From IMG/VR virus record IMGVR_UViG_3300037042_004723, positions 1 through 64,000 of that record: 64,000 nt of DNA, one strand, 5' to 3'. Numbering within the stretch: position 1 is the first letter of the stretch; each line of letters opens with the position of its first letter. Shown here piece after piece: positions 45,665 to 55,123 of this stretch. The DNA is from a virus. Position numbers and translations under genes: made by a program. Under the pieces are notes generated by a model that saw nothing but the letters and a program-made list of their open reading frames with translations, did not search any database and was not told where the DNA came from.

Positions 45665-46179
45665 GGTTCTACTACAACTGAGGCAGCCTGGATTTTCATG
45701 GATTCGACGGCAAGGTCTTCGCTCTGATACACGTCCTTCCCATCGATCATGATGATGCGCGTGCGGATGGGCACCCACACGCCGTCACGGAGAGCCCTTG
45801 CCTCGCTCCACGTGGTCCGGTCGGCGAGCACGTAGCCCCTGCCAACCTTCTGAACCCACCCGATGATCGTCCCTGGGAACCTGTCTGTGTCGTACCAGAT
45901 CGGCGCGGTGACGTTGGCGTAGACGGTATCGCCCTCGATCCCGCCCTTGTCCTTGAAGTCACCCACGATGACGTAGGGGACCGTCGCGCCCTTGCCCATC
46001 ACGTTGTGCGCGTTGCGCTCGGTGTTGGCCTCGGTCAGCTTGTAGCCGTTGTAGCCGTAATCGCCCTTCCACATCGACGAGTGGCGGTAGGCGTACGAGT
46101 AGAGGTGAGCCGAGACCTTCGCCCCGTTCACGGCCAGCTGGACCGTCCTGCTGCGTAGCGAGTAGATGTAGATTCCCAT
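45661..46179 (-). CDS. Hypothetical protein
   Basis: Class-1 promoter; 3' end contains the next promoter. Confidence 0.75.
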   Translation of the reverse strand: MGIYIYSLRSRTVQLAVNGAKVSAHLYSYAYRHSSMWKGDYGYNGYKLTEANTERNAHNVMGKGATVPYVIVGDFKDKGGIEGDTVYANVTAPIWYDTDRFPGTIIGWVQKVGRGYVLADRTTWSEARALRDGVWVPIRTRIIMIDGKDVYQSEDLAVESMKIQAASVVVEP

Positions 46180-46247
46180 GACCTAACTACAACTGGGCTC
46201 CCTGGTATTTTCATGAAAAAACCAGCCCGCCTAGTTGTAGTAAGACC

Positions 46248-46412
46248 ACAGGAACAAACAAGCCAACCGGCCAAAAAATAAACACCCCAAACCACAGGAA
46301 TCAATCAATGCTCATATAAGTGACGGTCAATCCCCTCTTGCTCTACCGTAAGCGTGGGGGTCCGAGAATATCTAAGGTAGCCGAGGGGGCTGATCTCCCC
46401 TCGGAGGAATCG
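46248..46412 (+). ncRNA. Putative A/C-rich ncRNA with GGA motifs
   Basis: Class-1 promoter predicts +1 at 46248; no ORF beyond MLI*; ACAGGAA twice; 3' hairpin CCGAGGGG/CCCCUCGG. Confidence 0.4.
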
Positions 46413-46483
46413 CGTCGAGAGTTTTCCGAACGACACTGCATCGATTGCCTGAAAATCCCAGGTGGCCCAGTTGTAGTAGAACC

Positions 46484-46705
46484 ATGAGCAAGTTCAGCAT
46501 CAACGACACGGTCCGGGCGCTACACGACATCATCGACGGCGACGACGTGGTGTGCGCCCGCAAGGGCGACGAGGGCATCATCATCGACATCATCGAGGAC
46601 GAGCCGGACTGCCCGGCGGGCGCGGCCTTCGATGTGCTCTGGCCGCACATGATTACCATCACGAGCGCAAGCGAGATGGAACCGCTGGGCACGCTGCTCA
46701 ACTGA
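46484..46705 (+). CDS. Small beta-rich (SH3-like) hypothetical protein
   Basis: KFSINDTVRA...KGDEGIIID; class-1 promoter. Confidence 0.7.
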   Translation: MSKFSINDTVRALHDIIDGDDVVCARKGDEGIIIDIIEDEPDCPAGAAFDVLWPHMITITSASEMEPLGTLLN

Positions 46706-46812
46706 GCGGCTGGCCTTCGGGCTCGCAGGCGTTGGAAAACTCCTATGGTTATTCGGCCTAGAGTTTTCCGCCCTGGGCGGCCGGGGTCGGGCCCGGCCGC
46801 CTCCTGTGGGGG

Positions 46813-47061
46813 CTAGGCCGCCACCTCCACGAACCCGTGGGAGACGAGCAGCGCCTCGAACTGGGCCAGCAGCTTGTCGGGCTTGCCCGAGAGCCCGAAC
46901 TCCTTACGGAGGATCGTGCTGCACTTGGGGGCCTTGGCGGTGAGCCGCATCCCTGGGTACTTGATCTCGAACTTGAGCCCGCTGAGGATCATCCGGAGTC
47001 GGATGCCGCCCATGGCGTAGGTCTTGTGATGCTCGATCTGCTCGGTCGCCTTGGTGTTCAT
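46813..47061 (-). CDS. Hypothetical protein
   Basis: Class-1 promoter 6 nt before ATG. Confidence 0.75.
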   Translation of the reverse strand: MNTKATEQIEHHKTYAMGGIRLRMILSGLKFEIKYPGMRLTAKAPKCSTILRKEFGLSGKPDKLLAQFEALLVSHGFVEVAA

Positions 47062-47141
47062 GTACCTACTACAACTGAGCTAGCTGGTATTTTCACAGCA
47101 CATCAAATGAAAATCCGGGGCACCCCAGTTGTAGTAGGTAC

Positions 47142-47345
47142 ATGAAGAAGCTGACCACCAAGAAGCTGGACGCGCACATCTCCTCGGTCTACTACCGCGT
47201 GGCCGATGGCAAGGCTATCAACATCATGGACATCGGCAAGGTGTTCAAGGCCGCGCGTGATGCCTATCAGGCCATGCCGGATCTCGCCGTCGTCGAAGCG
47301 GCCATCATCGGCGCGGTCGCCAAGTACTGCAGGGCGGTGAACTAA
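47142..47345 (+). CDS. Hypothetical protein
   Basis: Class-1 promoter 6 nt before ATG. Confidence 0.75.
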   Translation: MKKLTTKKLDAHISSVYYRVADGKAINIMDIGKVFKAARDAYQAMPDLAVVEAAIIGAVAKYCRAVN

Positions 47346-47581
47346 TGGACACCACCAAGAAGCAAACCGTCACCTGCATCGTCCGCGACAATCACCGTCA
47401 TGGCTACCCGGATCCCCTGATCTATGTGGTCGACGTGTCCGATCCACAGGACGAGGTCGAGGTACTCAAGGCTGTCACCGAGTCTCGCCGTGCGGACCTC
47501 GGTGGCGACGACAAGCTCGATCTAACCATCCTGTTGGTCTTTTCCGGCACCCTCAACACAATTTCAGATTGGCGCGAGTGA
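47345..47581 (+). CDS. Hypothetical protein
   Basis: TAATG-coupled. Confidence 0.7.
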   Translation: MDTTKKQTVTCIVRDNHRHGYPDPLIYVVDVSDPQDEVEVLKAVTESRRADLGGDDKLDLTILLVFSGTLNTISDWRE

Positions 47582-47585
47582 ACTA

Positions 47586-47783
47586 ATGCCCCATTTCACA
47601 TTCACCGTCACCCGCGAGACCACCGAGAGCGTGACCGTCACCGTCGAGGCTGACTCCATCAAGGAGGCACATCGCAAAGCGCTGGCCACCCAGTACGGGA
47701 TTCGAGGGTGGGCATATGACGAAGGGAATCACCCTCGCGAGGCATACATCCCCGACGAGGACGATTACAAGGAGGAGGTCTAG
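47586..47783 (+). CDS. Hypothetical protein
   Basis: In operon; V.VEADS.KEA motif. Confidence 0.7.
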   Translation: MPHFTFTVTRETTESVTVTVEADSIKEAHRKALATQYGIRGWAYDEGNHPREAYIPDEDDYKEEV

Positions 47784-47785
47784 CC

Positions 47786-47995
47786 ATGCGCGAATGGCGC
47801 GGATACTGTGAACGCTGCGGCGATAAGTCGTTCAGCTACACGATGTCGCGGTTCAACACTCAGTTGATCTGCGGCCCCTGCAAAAAGAAAGAACGCGAGC
47901 ACCCTGATTACCAGCGCGCGGCGGATGCCGAGCTGGCGTCGTTGAAGCGTGGTGAGCGCAACTTTCCGGGCATCGGGAAGCCGAAGGACCTCTAA
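47786..47995 (+). CDS. Small Zn-finger-like protein
   Basis: CERC...MSRFNT.LIC..C..KE..HPDY. Confidence 0.75.
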   Translation: MREWRGYCERCGDKSFSYTMSRFNTQLICGPCKKKEREHPDYQRAADAELASLKRGERNFPGIGKPKDL

Positions 47996-48077
47996 CCAAG
48001 AAGGAGGAGGGGGCGCGCAAGCGCTTGCGTCGATAGAAAACTCTTAGAGTTTTCCGTTAAGGGCCTTAGCCCGAGGG

Positions 48078-48299
48078 CTACCAGCGCCCCTCGCCATACC
48101 CGTAATCGGGTTCGATGGGCTCGTCGACGTCGGCCTGCGAGTACCCCGTGAGGATCTCCGGGCGGTAGCGACTGAGCTTCGCCGCCCGACACTCGTCGCA
48201 CACCCGGCAGAGCGGGATGCCCTGCGCGTCGTGCTCCCACCACGAGCCGTCGGACTTAGTGTGCGGGTGCCGCTTCAGATGCTCGCTCGGTTGCTTCAT
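48078..48299 (-). CDS. Small CxxC protein
   Basis: WWEHDAQGIPLCRVCDEC; class-1 promoter. Confidence 0.75.
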   Translation of the reverse strand: MKQPSEHLKRHPHTKSDGSWWEHDAQGIPLCRVCDECRAAKLSRYRPEILTGYSQADVDEPIEPDYGYGEGRW

Positions 48300-48368
48300 G
48301 TAGCTACTACAATTCAGCTCGCCCCAATTTTCACTGAAAATACCAGCTAGCCCAGTTGTAGTAGGTAC

Positions 48369-48566
48369 ATGAAGACGATGACCATCAAGGTTCCCCAGTC
48401 CACCCGCCGCTCGGGCGCTGCCATCGCGGCGATGCACCGCAATCCCGTCATCATGCGCCACCGGCTACAGCCTCGGGGCGGGGCGCGCAACGTCCAGGCG
48501 TCCTACTTCGACGAGATCATCGTCGAGGATGAGTCGCACTGGTTCGACGAGGACCGGGACGGCTGA
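48369..48566 (+). CDS. Hypothetical protein
   Basis: Class-1 promoter 6 nt before ATG. Confidence 0.7.
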   Translation: MKTMTIKVPQSTRRSGAAIAAMHRNPVIMRHRLQPRGGARNVQASYFDEIIVEDESHWFDEDRDG

Positions 48567-48574
48567 TCAGTCCT

Positions 48575-48642
48575 GGCACTGACCGGGACGGTTCCCGGCG
48601 GATGATAGCCTGAAAGGCGGTTCGACCCCGCCCAGTGCCACC
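48575..48642 (+). tRNA. tRNA-like element with a shrunken anticodon arm (possible Ile-GAU relic)
   Basis: Acceptor GGCACUG/CAGUGCC-A-CC; D-arm CGGG/CCCG; T-arm GGCGG-UUCGACC-CCGCC; 66 nt to the discriminator. Confidence 0.65.
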
Positions 48643-48721
48643 GCAGCGGAAAACTCTAAGAGTTTTCTAAGCCGCGCTGGGCTTGGTAGCCCGTCACCCT
48701 TGGTAGGGCTTGCGCTGTCGC

Positions 48722-49027
48722 TCACGCCGGGCGGGAGACGTGGCCCTCCGTTCCGTCGTCGAAGGTGATCGGATCGTGCTCCCCGCAGAGCTTGGCGACC
48801 GTGAGCCCATCGGGCAGGTTGGGCACGCTGAACAGGAGCGAGCCACGGTCGAACACCCAGGGCTCGAAGGTGATCGGCGTGTCGAGCGGAATGTCGATGG
48901 CAACGCTCATCGCATCGAAGGTCAGCACGTCACCCTTGACGGTGAGTCTGCGAACCAGCCTGCCCGAGTAGAGGCAGCGAATTTCCGCACCATGGTGCCC
49001 GTTCATCAAGTCAGCGAAAGTCTTCAT
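48722..49027 (-). CDS. Hypothetical protein
   Basis: Class-1 promoter 6 nt before ATG. Confidence 0.7.
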   Translation of the reverse strand: MKTFADLMNGHHGAEIRCLYSGRLVRRLTVKGDVLTFDAMSVAIDIPLDTPITFEPWVFDRGSLLFSVPNLPDGLTVAKLCGEHDPITFDDGTEGHVSRPA

Positions 49028-49097
49028 GGTTCTACTACAACTGGGCCAACCGAAACTTTCACCTGAAAACCTGAGCTAGCTCAGTTGTAGTTAGACC

Positions 49098-49679
49098 ATG
49101 AGCATCATCGTTAAAATCATCCAGGACGACAACGCAGAGTCGCCCCGCACCTTCGACAACGTTGGCGTCATGGCGTGTTGGCACCGACGCTACAACCTTG
49201 GTGACGTGCAGCCTAAGGGCGAGGATCCGGCCGAGTGGCTCAAGGAGAATGCCCCCAAGGGCTCAGTGGCGCTTCCCCTGTATCTGTACGATCACAGCGG
49301 GATCACCATGAGCACGGGCTCCTTTGGTGACGTGTGGGATTCCGGCCAGGTCGGCTGGATTGTCGCCACGCCCGACGCAATCCGTAAGAACTTCATGGTC
49401 AAGCGCATCACGGCCAAGATGCGCGCAACCGTTGAGGAAATCCTCAAGTCCGAAGTGAAGATTTACGACCACTACCTCACGGGCAACGTGTGGGGCTACA
49501 CCATCGAATCCGTCAAGGATTGCGATTCGTGCGGCCACGAAACCAAGGGGGACGAGGACGTGGACGATTCGTGTTGGGGGTTCTTCGGCGATGATCTGGC
49601 CTTCACCGGGATCAAGGATCACGTGGACGCGAAGTATCACGAAGCTCTCGAAGCAGCGTGGGACATGCGGTTCCGGTAG
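49098..49679 (+). CDS. Conserved phage hypothetical protein
   Basis: LPLYLYDHSGITM...WDSGQVGWI...YL.GNVWGY...SCWGFFG. Confidence 0.8.
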   Translation: MSIIVKIIQDDNAESPRTFDNVGVMACWHRRYNLGDVQPKGEDPAEWLKENAPKGSVALPLYLYDHSGITMSTGSFGDVWDSGQVGWIVATPDAIRKNFMVKRITAKMRATVEEILKSEVKIYDHYLTGNVWGYTIESVKDCDSCGHETKGDEDVDDSCWGFFGDDLAFTGIKDHVDAKYHEALEAAWDMRFR

Positions 49680-49796
49680 GCGGACCGGCGGGGTTCGTTG
49701 CCTCGCAGGCTTGGAAAACTCTGGCCCATAGGGAGTTTTCTTGGCCGCGCCCGCCGGGCGGCCAAGGCTACGGCTTGTCCTTTACCTCGGCCACGG

Positions 49797-50204
49797 TTAC
49801 GTTGAACGGGCCGCTTCGATTTGGTGAGCGCGCCACTCTTGGTAGCCGAGCCGCGTGTCGCCGTTGGCTACCTCGTGCTGCCAATCTTCCTCGGGGTACG
49901 CCCACGTCAGCAGCACCCAGACCTGGGATTCGCCGCCTTCGTAGTCATCCGGGATGACATCAAGCCGGTTGCCATGCTCGTCGAATGGGCGGAGGTCAAC
50001 GCCCTCCAGCGCGCCACGGACTGCGTGAGCAATTTCATCCTGATCAATGTGATCGGGCACGTTGACATCATTGAGCATGTCGTCGAAGGCGCTCTCGATG
50101 GTTCCGCCAAGGTATGCGCCGACCAGGCATTCACCGGGACGGTTGTGATGGTCCTGTAGGTAGTCCGAGAAGCACGTGTCGATGTAGCGAGCGTTGATGG
50201 TCAT
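49797..50204 (-). CDS. Acidic hypothetical protein
   Basis: EVANGDTRLGY.EW motif; class-1 promoter. Confidence 0.75.
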   Translation of the reverse strand: MTINARYIDTCFSDYLQDHHNRPGECLVGAYLGGTIESAFDDMLNDVNVPDHIDQDEIAHAVRGALEGVDLRPFDEHGNRLDVIPDDYEGGESQVWVLLTWAYPEEDWQHEVANGDTRLGYQEWRAHQIEAARST

Positions 50205-50273
50205 GGTCCTACTACAATTCAGTTCATCGGGATTTTCACTGAAAATTATAGGATACTCGGTTGTAGTAAGGTC

Positions 50274-50486
50274 ATGGAGTTCTTCAGCGAGAAGGTTCGG
50301 CGCATCGCGTATCTGCGCATGTATGGCAGAACGGTTGAGGAGATTCTCAAGCAGGTTGAGGCCACCGAGACTGAGCTGAGGCTGCTCGTGGCGTGCGCAG
50401 ATCTGTTCATCGACTACTCGCCGTTCGATCCGCCCAAGCGGACGGAGCCCATCTCGCCGGTCAGCGGGGAGTTCACGGCCCGCTAG
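50274..50486 (+). CDS. Hypothetical protein
   Basis: Class-1 promoter 6 nt before ATG. Confidence 0.7.
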   Translation: MEFFSEKVRRIAYLRMYGRTVEEILKQVEATETELRLLVACADLFIDYSPFDPPKRTEPISPVSGEFTAR

Positions 50487-50551
50487 GGCTTTGCGTGTAG
50501 AAGAAAACTCTTAGAGTTTTCTTAACCGCACCCGCTTGCGCGGGCTCGGGC

Positions 50552-50719
50552 CTAGTAGCCCCGGTCATCCCCTTCCTTAGCACGATCTTTCCAGGCATCC
50601 CAGTCGAACCCGGAGTCATCACCCTGGGCCATCATGCGGGCCACGGCGGCCCACGAGCACGCCGGGGGCTCGACGGTGGACGGGGCGGGTTTCTCGGTCT
50701 GCTTCTTCGTGTTGCTCAT
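50552..50719 (-). CDS. Small hypothetical protein (55 aa)
   Basis: Manual translation MSNTKKQTEK...; class-1 promoter. Confidence 0.65.
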   Translation of the reverse strand: MSNTKKQTEKPAPSTVEPPACSWAAVARMMAQGDDSGFDWDAWKDRAKEGDDRGY

Positions 50720-50752
50720 GTAGCTACTACAACTGAGCCCGCCCGGATTTTC

Positions 50753-51001
50753 TCAAGAGCCGAACTTTTTATCAGAGCCTGCGTCCCGCCAGGTGTACGA
50801 CTTCGTTGTCGGCTTCTCTGGCACTTGTTGCGGGTCGATTCTTCCGAGGGACGCACTCGGATCGCCGGCCTTGTATTTCTTACTGGTCATGCCGAGATCG
50901 CGCAGCCGCTTCTCAATCTCCTTTAGAGTTTTCTCGGATGGCTTGTTGAGCCATGGCGTTACGATGGCTTCGCGGATGGACTCGATCAGCGACTTGAGCA
51001 T
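50753..51001 (-). CDS. Hypothetical protein
   Basis: ORF track. Confidence 0.6.
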   Translation of the reverse strand: MLKSLIESIREAIVTPWLNKPSEKTLKEIEKRLRDLGMTSKKYKAGDPSASLGRIDPQQVPEKPTTKSYTWRDAGSDKKFGS

Positions 51002-51013
51002 TCCCTGGGTATA

Positions 51014-51460
51014 TCAGAGAGCCGCGACAAGCGCGATTGCCTTGCCGAAGTTGGCGACATCAGGCAAGGCGAAGCTGTGCGCCGCCACCGTGCGGGCGAA
51101 CTCCACGACCTGGGCAACGGTGACGTAGGGGAGCACGTCGTCACCGCTGAAGCGCGGGTCAGGGTTGAACCACTTACGCTTTGTTCCCCAGTCCTCGCCA
51201 CAGACCACCCACGGCTCATCAAACGCCTCGGGATACCACGCAGCCGCCTCGAAGGTCGGCTCGTCGCCCGGCTTCCAGTAGCCACGGCCGACGTTGCTGT
51301 ACGCGCCAGAGTGCCACTGAACGCTCAGGGTCATCCCATTCTCGAAGGTGACGAGCAGCCCCGTCTGTGGGCCACCGTCGCGCTCGAAGCACGGCTCAAC
51401 CTCCTGCACGGGGAGGTTGGCGGAACCGAGGGAGTCAGCGAGGGTCAGGTGGTTCATCAT
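51014..51460 (-). CDS. Hypothetical phage protein
   Basis: FENGMTLSVQWH.G.Y motif; class-1 promoter; starts MMNHLT. Confidence 0.75.
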   Translation of the reverse strand: MMNHLTLADSLGSANLPVQEVEPCFERDGGPQTGLLVTFENGMTLSVQWHSGAYSNVGRGYWKPGDEPTFEAAAWYPEAFDEPWVVCGEDWGTKRKWFNPDPRFSGDDVLPYVTVAQVVEFARTVAAHSFALPDVANFGKAIALVAAL

Positions 51461-51596
51461 GGCGTAACTACAACTGAGCTTATCTGGATTTTCATGTAAT
51501 CGACAGACGCCCGCGCCGCTTGATGCGTGACGGCCCTGAACATAGAAAACTCTTAGAGTTTTCCGATGCCATCACGGCGCGGTGCGCCTTGGGCCC

Positions 51597-51821
51597 TTAG
51601 TAGCCTCCACCTTCTGCGCGGTCAGCGCACGGGTCACACTGGTATCCCCTGGCGCGGTCAGCCGGCGTGAGCCTGTTTGGCTTGCGACACGTGGGGCAAG
51701 GCAGGTTGCGAGGGTTGCTCGCGGTTGCGGCGCGAAGGGCAGAGTTCCCGCCGGGGTCGGCGAAGTCGCAACCGTCGTGATCCGACCAGTCGTCGCCGAT
51801 TTCGTTGTAGTAGTTGGACAT
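51597..51821 (-). CDS. Small Zn-finger-like protein
   Basis: PCPTC...GYQCDPCAD; class-1 promoter. Confidence 0.75.
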   Translation of the reverse strand: MSNYYNEIGDDWSDHDGCDFADPGGNSALRAATASNPRNLPCPTCRKPNRLTPADRARGYQCDPCADRAEGGGY

Positions 51822-51856
51822 GAAGCTACTACAACTCAGCCCGGCCGAATTTTCAC

Positions 51857-52120
51857 TCAATTCGCGCTGATTGCCGGCCATTGCTGGGCCTTGATCAGGC
51901 CGGACATGGACGGGTCATCCGACGGCTCCCATCCTTCCGCAAGGAGCGCATCGCACGCCTGGCGGAGCTGTTGACAGGCACCTCGCAGATGCGACGAGTC
52001 GCCACCACGCGCAGCTCGGTTAGCGCGCACCATCGCAAGCTTGGCCGACCAGAAGTCAGCGAGTAGCTCAGTCCACAGGTCGAGCTTGCCGTATCTCATC
52101 GCGATTTCCCTGGTGTTCAT
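51857..52120 (-). CDS. Hypothetical protein
   Basis: Class-1 promoter before MNTREIA. Confidence 0.6.
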   Translation of the reverse strand: MNTREIAMRYGKLDLWTELLADFWSAKLAMVRANRAARGGDSSHLRGACQQLRQACDALLAEGWEPSDDPSMSGLIKAQQWPAISAN

Positions 52121-52289
52121 TTTGCTACTACACCTGGGCTTGCTCAGATTTTCAGGCAATCGACAGACGCCTGATCAGCGCACTTCTGACAGAGAAAACT
52201 CTAAGAGTTTTCCGACGCACGGCAGTAACGGGGAGCCCGCCGCCCCCCCCCTTCCCGGCCGCACTCGCCGGGTGGGCTAGCCGTTATTT

Positions 52290-52499
52290 TCACTCCGCGT
52301 AGAGCACGTGGCCTTCCTGGCGCACCTTGCCAGCCCGCACCAAGATCCCCACGATGCTCTGGAACTGACCCAGCGTGCAGCCCTGGCCCATGAGCACGGC
52401 ATACAGCGGACCCTCGGGGGCACCGTCCGGACCCATCTCCTTGATGGTATCGAACACGGCAGCGATGACAGCGATGACGGCCTTTTGTTGGTTGCTCAT
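52290..52499 (-). CDS. Small winged-helix-like protein
   Basis: PEGPLYAVLM...FQSIVGILVRAGKV; class-1 promoter. Confidence 0.7.
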   Translation of the reverse strand: MSNQQKAVIAVIAAVFDTIKEMGPDGAPEGPLYAVLMGQGCTLGQFQSIVGILVRAGKVRQEGHVLYAE

Positions 52500-52637
52500 G
52501 TACCTACTACAACTGGGCTAGCCTGGATTTTCAGGCAATCGACCGAGCGTATTTCTGACACTCGGGACGCCCACGGCCAGAGAAAACTCTAAGAGTTTTC
52601 TTAACCCCGAAGGGCGGCGAGCCCGGCCCGGCCCCGT

Positions 52638-53159
52638 CTAGCGGAGCGCCTTCAGCTTGGCGGCGATTTCCCGGCGGCGGCGGGTGGCCGTGGCCGGCGA
52701 CCATCCCACCAGTGCGCCCGCCTCGGTCTGGGTCATGCCCCGGTTGATTGCCAGGATGAACGCGCGCTCGCCCTCGGGGAGCGTGGCAAGCGCCATGGCA
52801 AGCCACTGGCCTTCCTCGGTGCGCAGGGCATCCGCCCGACCGTCAGAGCCCGGAAGGCCGTCCACAATCCGGTCCATCCCTTCCGCCCGGTCTGAATCGC
52901 CGTCCGACTTCTTGGTCACCACGTCGTGGGTGCGGTAGCCCTCCGACTTGACGTGGTTGCGGGCAACGTTGCCCGCGAGCTTGGCGCAGAACGTCGCCAC
53001 CTTGCCACGGGTGGGGTCGAAAACCTCGCCCTTTTCCAGGCACTCAACAACGGAATTATTAAGGATATCCTCCTCGTCGCCGCGCTTGCCCACGGCGCGC
53101 AGGATGGCGACGGTCATAGCGGTGAGAACTTCGGTGGTCATGTCGTTGCGGTTGAGCAT
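52638..53159 (-). CDS. ECF-like sigma-70 factor, paralog 2
   Basis: FDPTRGKVATF...ARNHVK; LPEGER...MTQTEAGALVGWSPAT. Confidence 0.8.
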   Translation of the reverse strand: MLNRNDMTTEVLTAMTVAILRAVGKRGDEEDILNNSVVECLEKGEVFDPTRGKVATFCAKLAGNVARNHVKSEGYRTHDVVTKKSDGDSDRAEGMDRIVDGLPGSDGRADALRTEEGQWLAMALATLPEGERAFILAINRGMTQTEAGALVGWSPATATRRRREIAAKLKALR

Positions 53160-53371
53160 TCATCAGTTGTAGCCTATCATGAGCCGATAGTCAAGGTATC
53201 TTTTGTCATGGTATGCAGATACTTGGCACGATCATTGACAATGCATTGGTATGACCGGAAAACTCTACGGCGCAAGCGTAAGAGTTTTCCTGGTGCGCCA
53301 AGCGGCGCGGTGCGCCAAGCGGGGCCAGAACGCGCCACGCCAACCCCCGTGGGGGCCGCGCCGGGCGTGGC

Positions 53372-53662
53372 CTAGTCGTCGATGCTCGCCACCATCTCGC
53401 GGAACTTCGCCATGATGGCGGCCATCTCCCCCTCGGTCGGGCTCAGTTCGTAGTCGACCAACCCGGCGGCATCGCGGATGTCCTCCTCGGTGTAGGGCAC
53501 GCGACGGGCGGAGCAGTCCGCGAGGACGGTGACCTCCGCTGTGGTGTACCGGCGCGCGGGTCGCCAGCCGGGCGGCAGCTTGCCGCCGGTCAGAACCCAC
53601 GTGTCCGTGATGTTCTCGTAGATGGAGATAGCGGCCTCTTCGATTGCGGTGTGATTCATCAT
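53372..53662 (-). CDS. Hypothetical protein (MMNHT...)
   Basis: Class-1 motif 8 nt before the first ATG. Confidence 0.7.
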   Translation of the reverse strand: MMNHTAIEEAAISIYENITDTWVLTGGKLPPGWRPARRYTTAEVTVLADCSARRVPYTEEDIRDAAGLVDYELSPTEGEMAAIMAKFREMVASIDD

Positions 53663-53802
53663 CTGTATCCACTACAACTGTGCTTTCCGGGATTTTCGTA
53701 CAATCGACATCGCGCCCCGGCAGCTCGAAATCTGACAGGCGACCGAGAAAACTCTTAGAGTTTTCCTGGCCCGGCAAGAGCCGGGGCCCCCGGCCCCGCC
53801 TC

Positions 53803-54306
53803 CTAGCGGAGCGCCGCCAGCTTCTCGGCGATTGCCTTGCGGCGGCGGGTGGAGGTGGCCGGGGACCATCCGACCAGCGCGCCCGCCTCGGTCTGGCCCA
53901 TGCCCTGATTGATTGCCCGGATGAAGGCCCGTTCCTCGTCGGTGAGCGTGGCGAGCGCCATGGCAAGCCACTGGCCTTCCTCGGTGCGCAGGGCATCGGC
54001 CCGGCCATCGTCGCCCGGAAGGCCATCCACGATGCGCGTGGGCTCGCCTTCCTCGCCCTTGGTCACCACGTCATGCGAGCGGTATCCCTCAGCCTTGACG
54101 TGGTTACGGGCCACGTTGCCCGCGAGCTTGGCGCAGAACGTCGCCACCTTGCCCCGGGCGGCATCGAACGCCTCGCCCTTCTCCAGGCACTCCACCACGG
54201 AATCGTTGAGGATATCCTCAAGGTCGGCACGCTTGCCGACAGCGCGGACAATGGCGACGGTCATGGCGGTGAGGACTGCGGAGGTCATGTCGGTGTGGTT
54301 CAGCAT
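53803..54306 (-). CDS. ECF-like sigma-70 factor, paralog 3
   Basis: Closely similar to paralog 2; TTGCAT-17-TAAGGT-7-ATG. Confidence 0.8.
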   Translation of the reverse strand: MLNHTDMTSAVLTAMTVAIVRAVGKRADLEDILNDSVVECLEKGEAFDAARGKVATFCAKLAGNVARNHVKAEGYRSHDVVTKGEEGEPTRIVDGLPGDDGRADALRTEEGQWLAMALATLTDEERAFIRAINQGMGQTEAGALVGWSPATSTRRRKAIAEKLAALR

Positions 54307-54466
54307 GGGATTGACCTTAAGCTATATCTTATCTCAATGCAACAACAATCGACAGGGATCTGCACTTATTTTTCCGGGCCAGCTTCCGGTGGCTTACGGA
54401 AAACTCTAAACGTCTGACAGTGCATGGAGTTTTCCGGTTGCCCGGTGGCGCGGTGCGCCCGGTGGC

Positions 54467-54700
54467 TCACATCGCGGCGATCTCGGCGAGGAGAGCCGCC
54501 GTCTCGGACGCGGGGATCGGCCCGTGGTCGCAGACCCGGTCGTCAAGGTCTGCGATCAGGTCGCCGAGGTTGATCACCTCGTCCAGTAGGATTGCGGCAT
54601 CCTCGTTGCTCGCATCGATGGAGCGACGCTCCGTCTCAAGCTGATCCGCGACGAGGATGGCGCGGACCGTGGTGCAGTGGTGGCACTTGTTGTTCTTCAT
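54467..54700 (-). CDS. Hypothetical protein
   Basis: Class-1 motif upstream. Confidence 0.7.
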   Translation of the reverse strand: MKNNKCHHCTTVRAILVADQLETERRSIDASNEDAAILLDEVINLGDLIADLDDRVCDHGPIPASETAALLAEIAAM

Positions 54701-54753
54701 CTGTATCCACTACAACTGTGCTCGGCGGGATTTTCAGGCAATCGACATCGCGT

Positions 54754-54794
54754 TCAGGCCCGTGAGCTGGTCAGGCCCGTGAGCTGGTCAGGCC
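54754..54794. repeat. 17-bp tandem duplication TCAGGCCCGTGAGCTGG x2.4
   Basis: Read directly. Confidence 0.8.
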
Positions 54795-54871
54795 GGAAAA
54801 CTCTAATTAGGTTAGAGCTATTAGAGTTTTCTTGACCACAACGGTCGGCGCGGACCGTCGTGGTCTTGCGC

Positions 54872-55093
54872 CTAGGACATCGCCAGAAGGTTGCGCGCTT
54901 CCTGATCAGTCAAGATCATGTCAGTCCCGCAATCCAGATAGGCGTGCCGTCCCGTCGTCGGCTGCCAGCAATAGAGCAACCGCGCGCCGGTCCGCGTGGT
55001 GAACGGTACCTCGGTACCGTTGCAGGCTGCGACCCACATCCCTTGCTCTGCTTTCGCCTCACGCTCTGTGATGGTTTCAATAATTGTCTTCAT
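54872..55093 (-). CDS. Hypothetical protein
   Basis: ORF track; GTEVPF..R.G..LLYCW. Confidence 0.7.
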   Translation of the reverse strand: MKTIIETITEREAKAEQGMWVAACNGTEVPFTTRTGARLLYCWQPTTGRHAYLDCGTDMILTDQEARNLLAMS

Positions 55094-55123
55094 GTCTTTT
55101 TCAGCCTTTCGAAGGTTCGAAGG

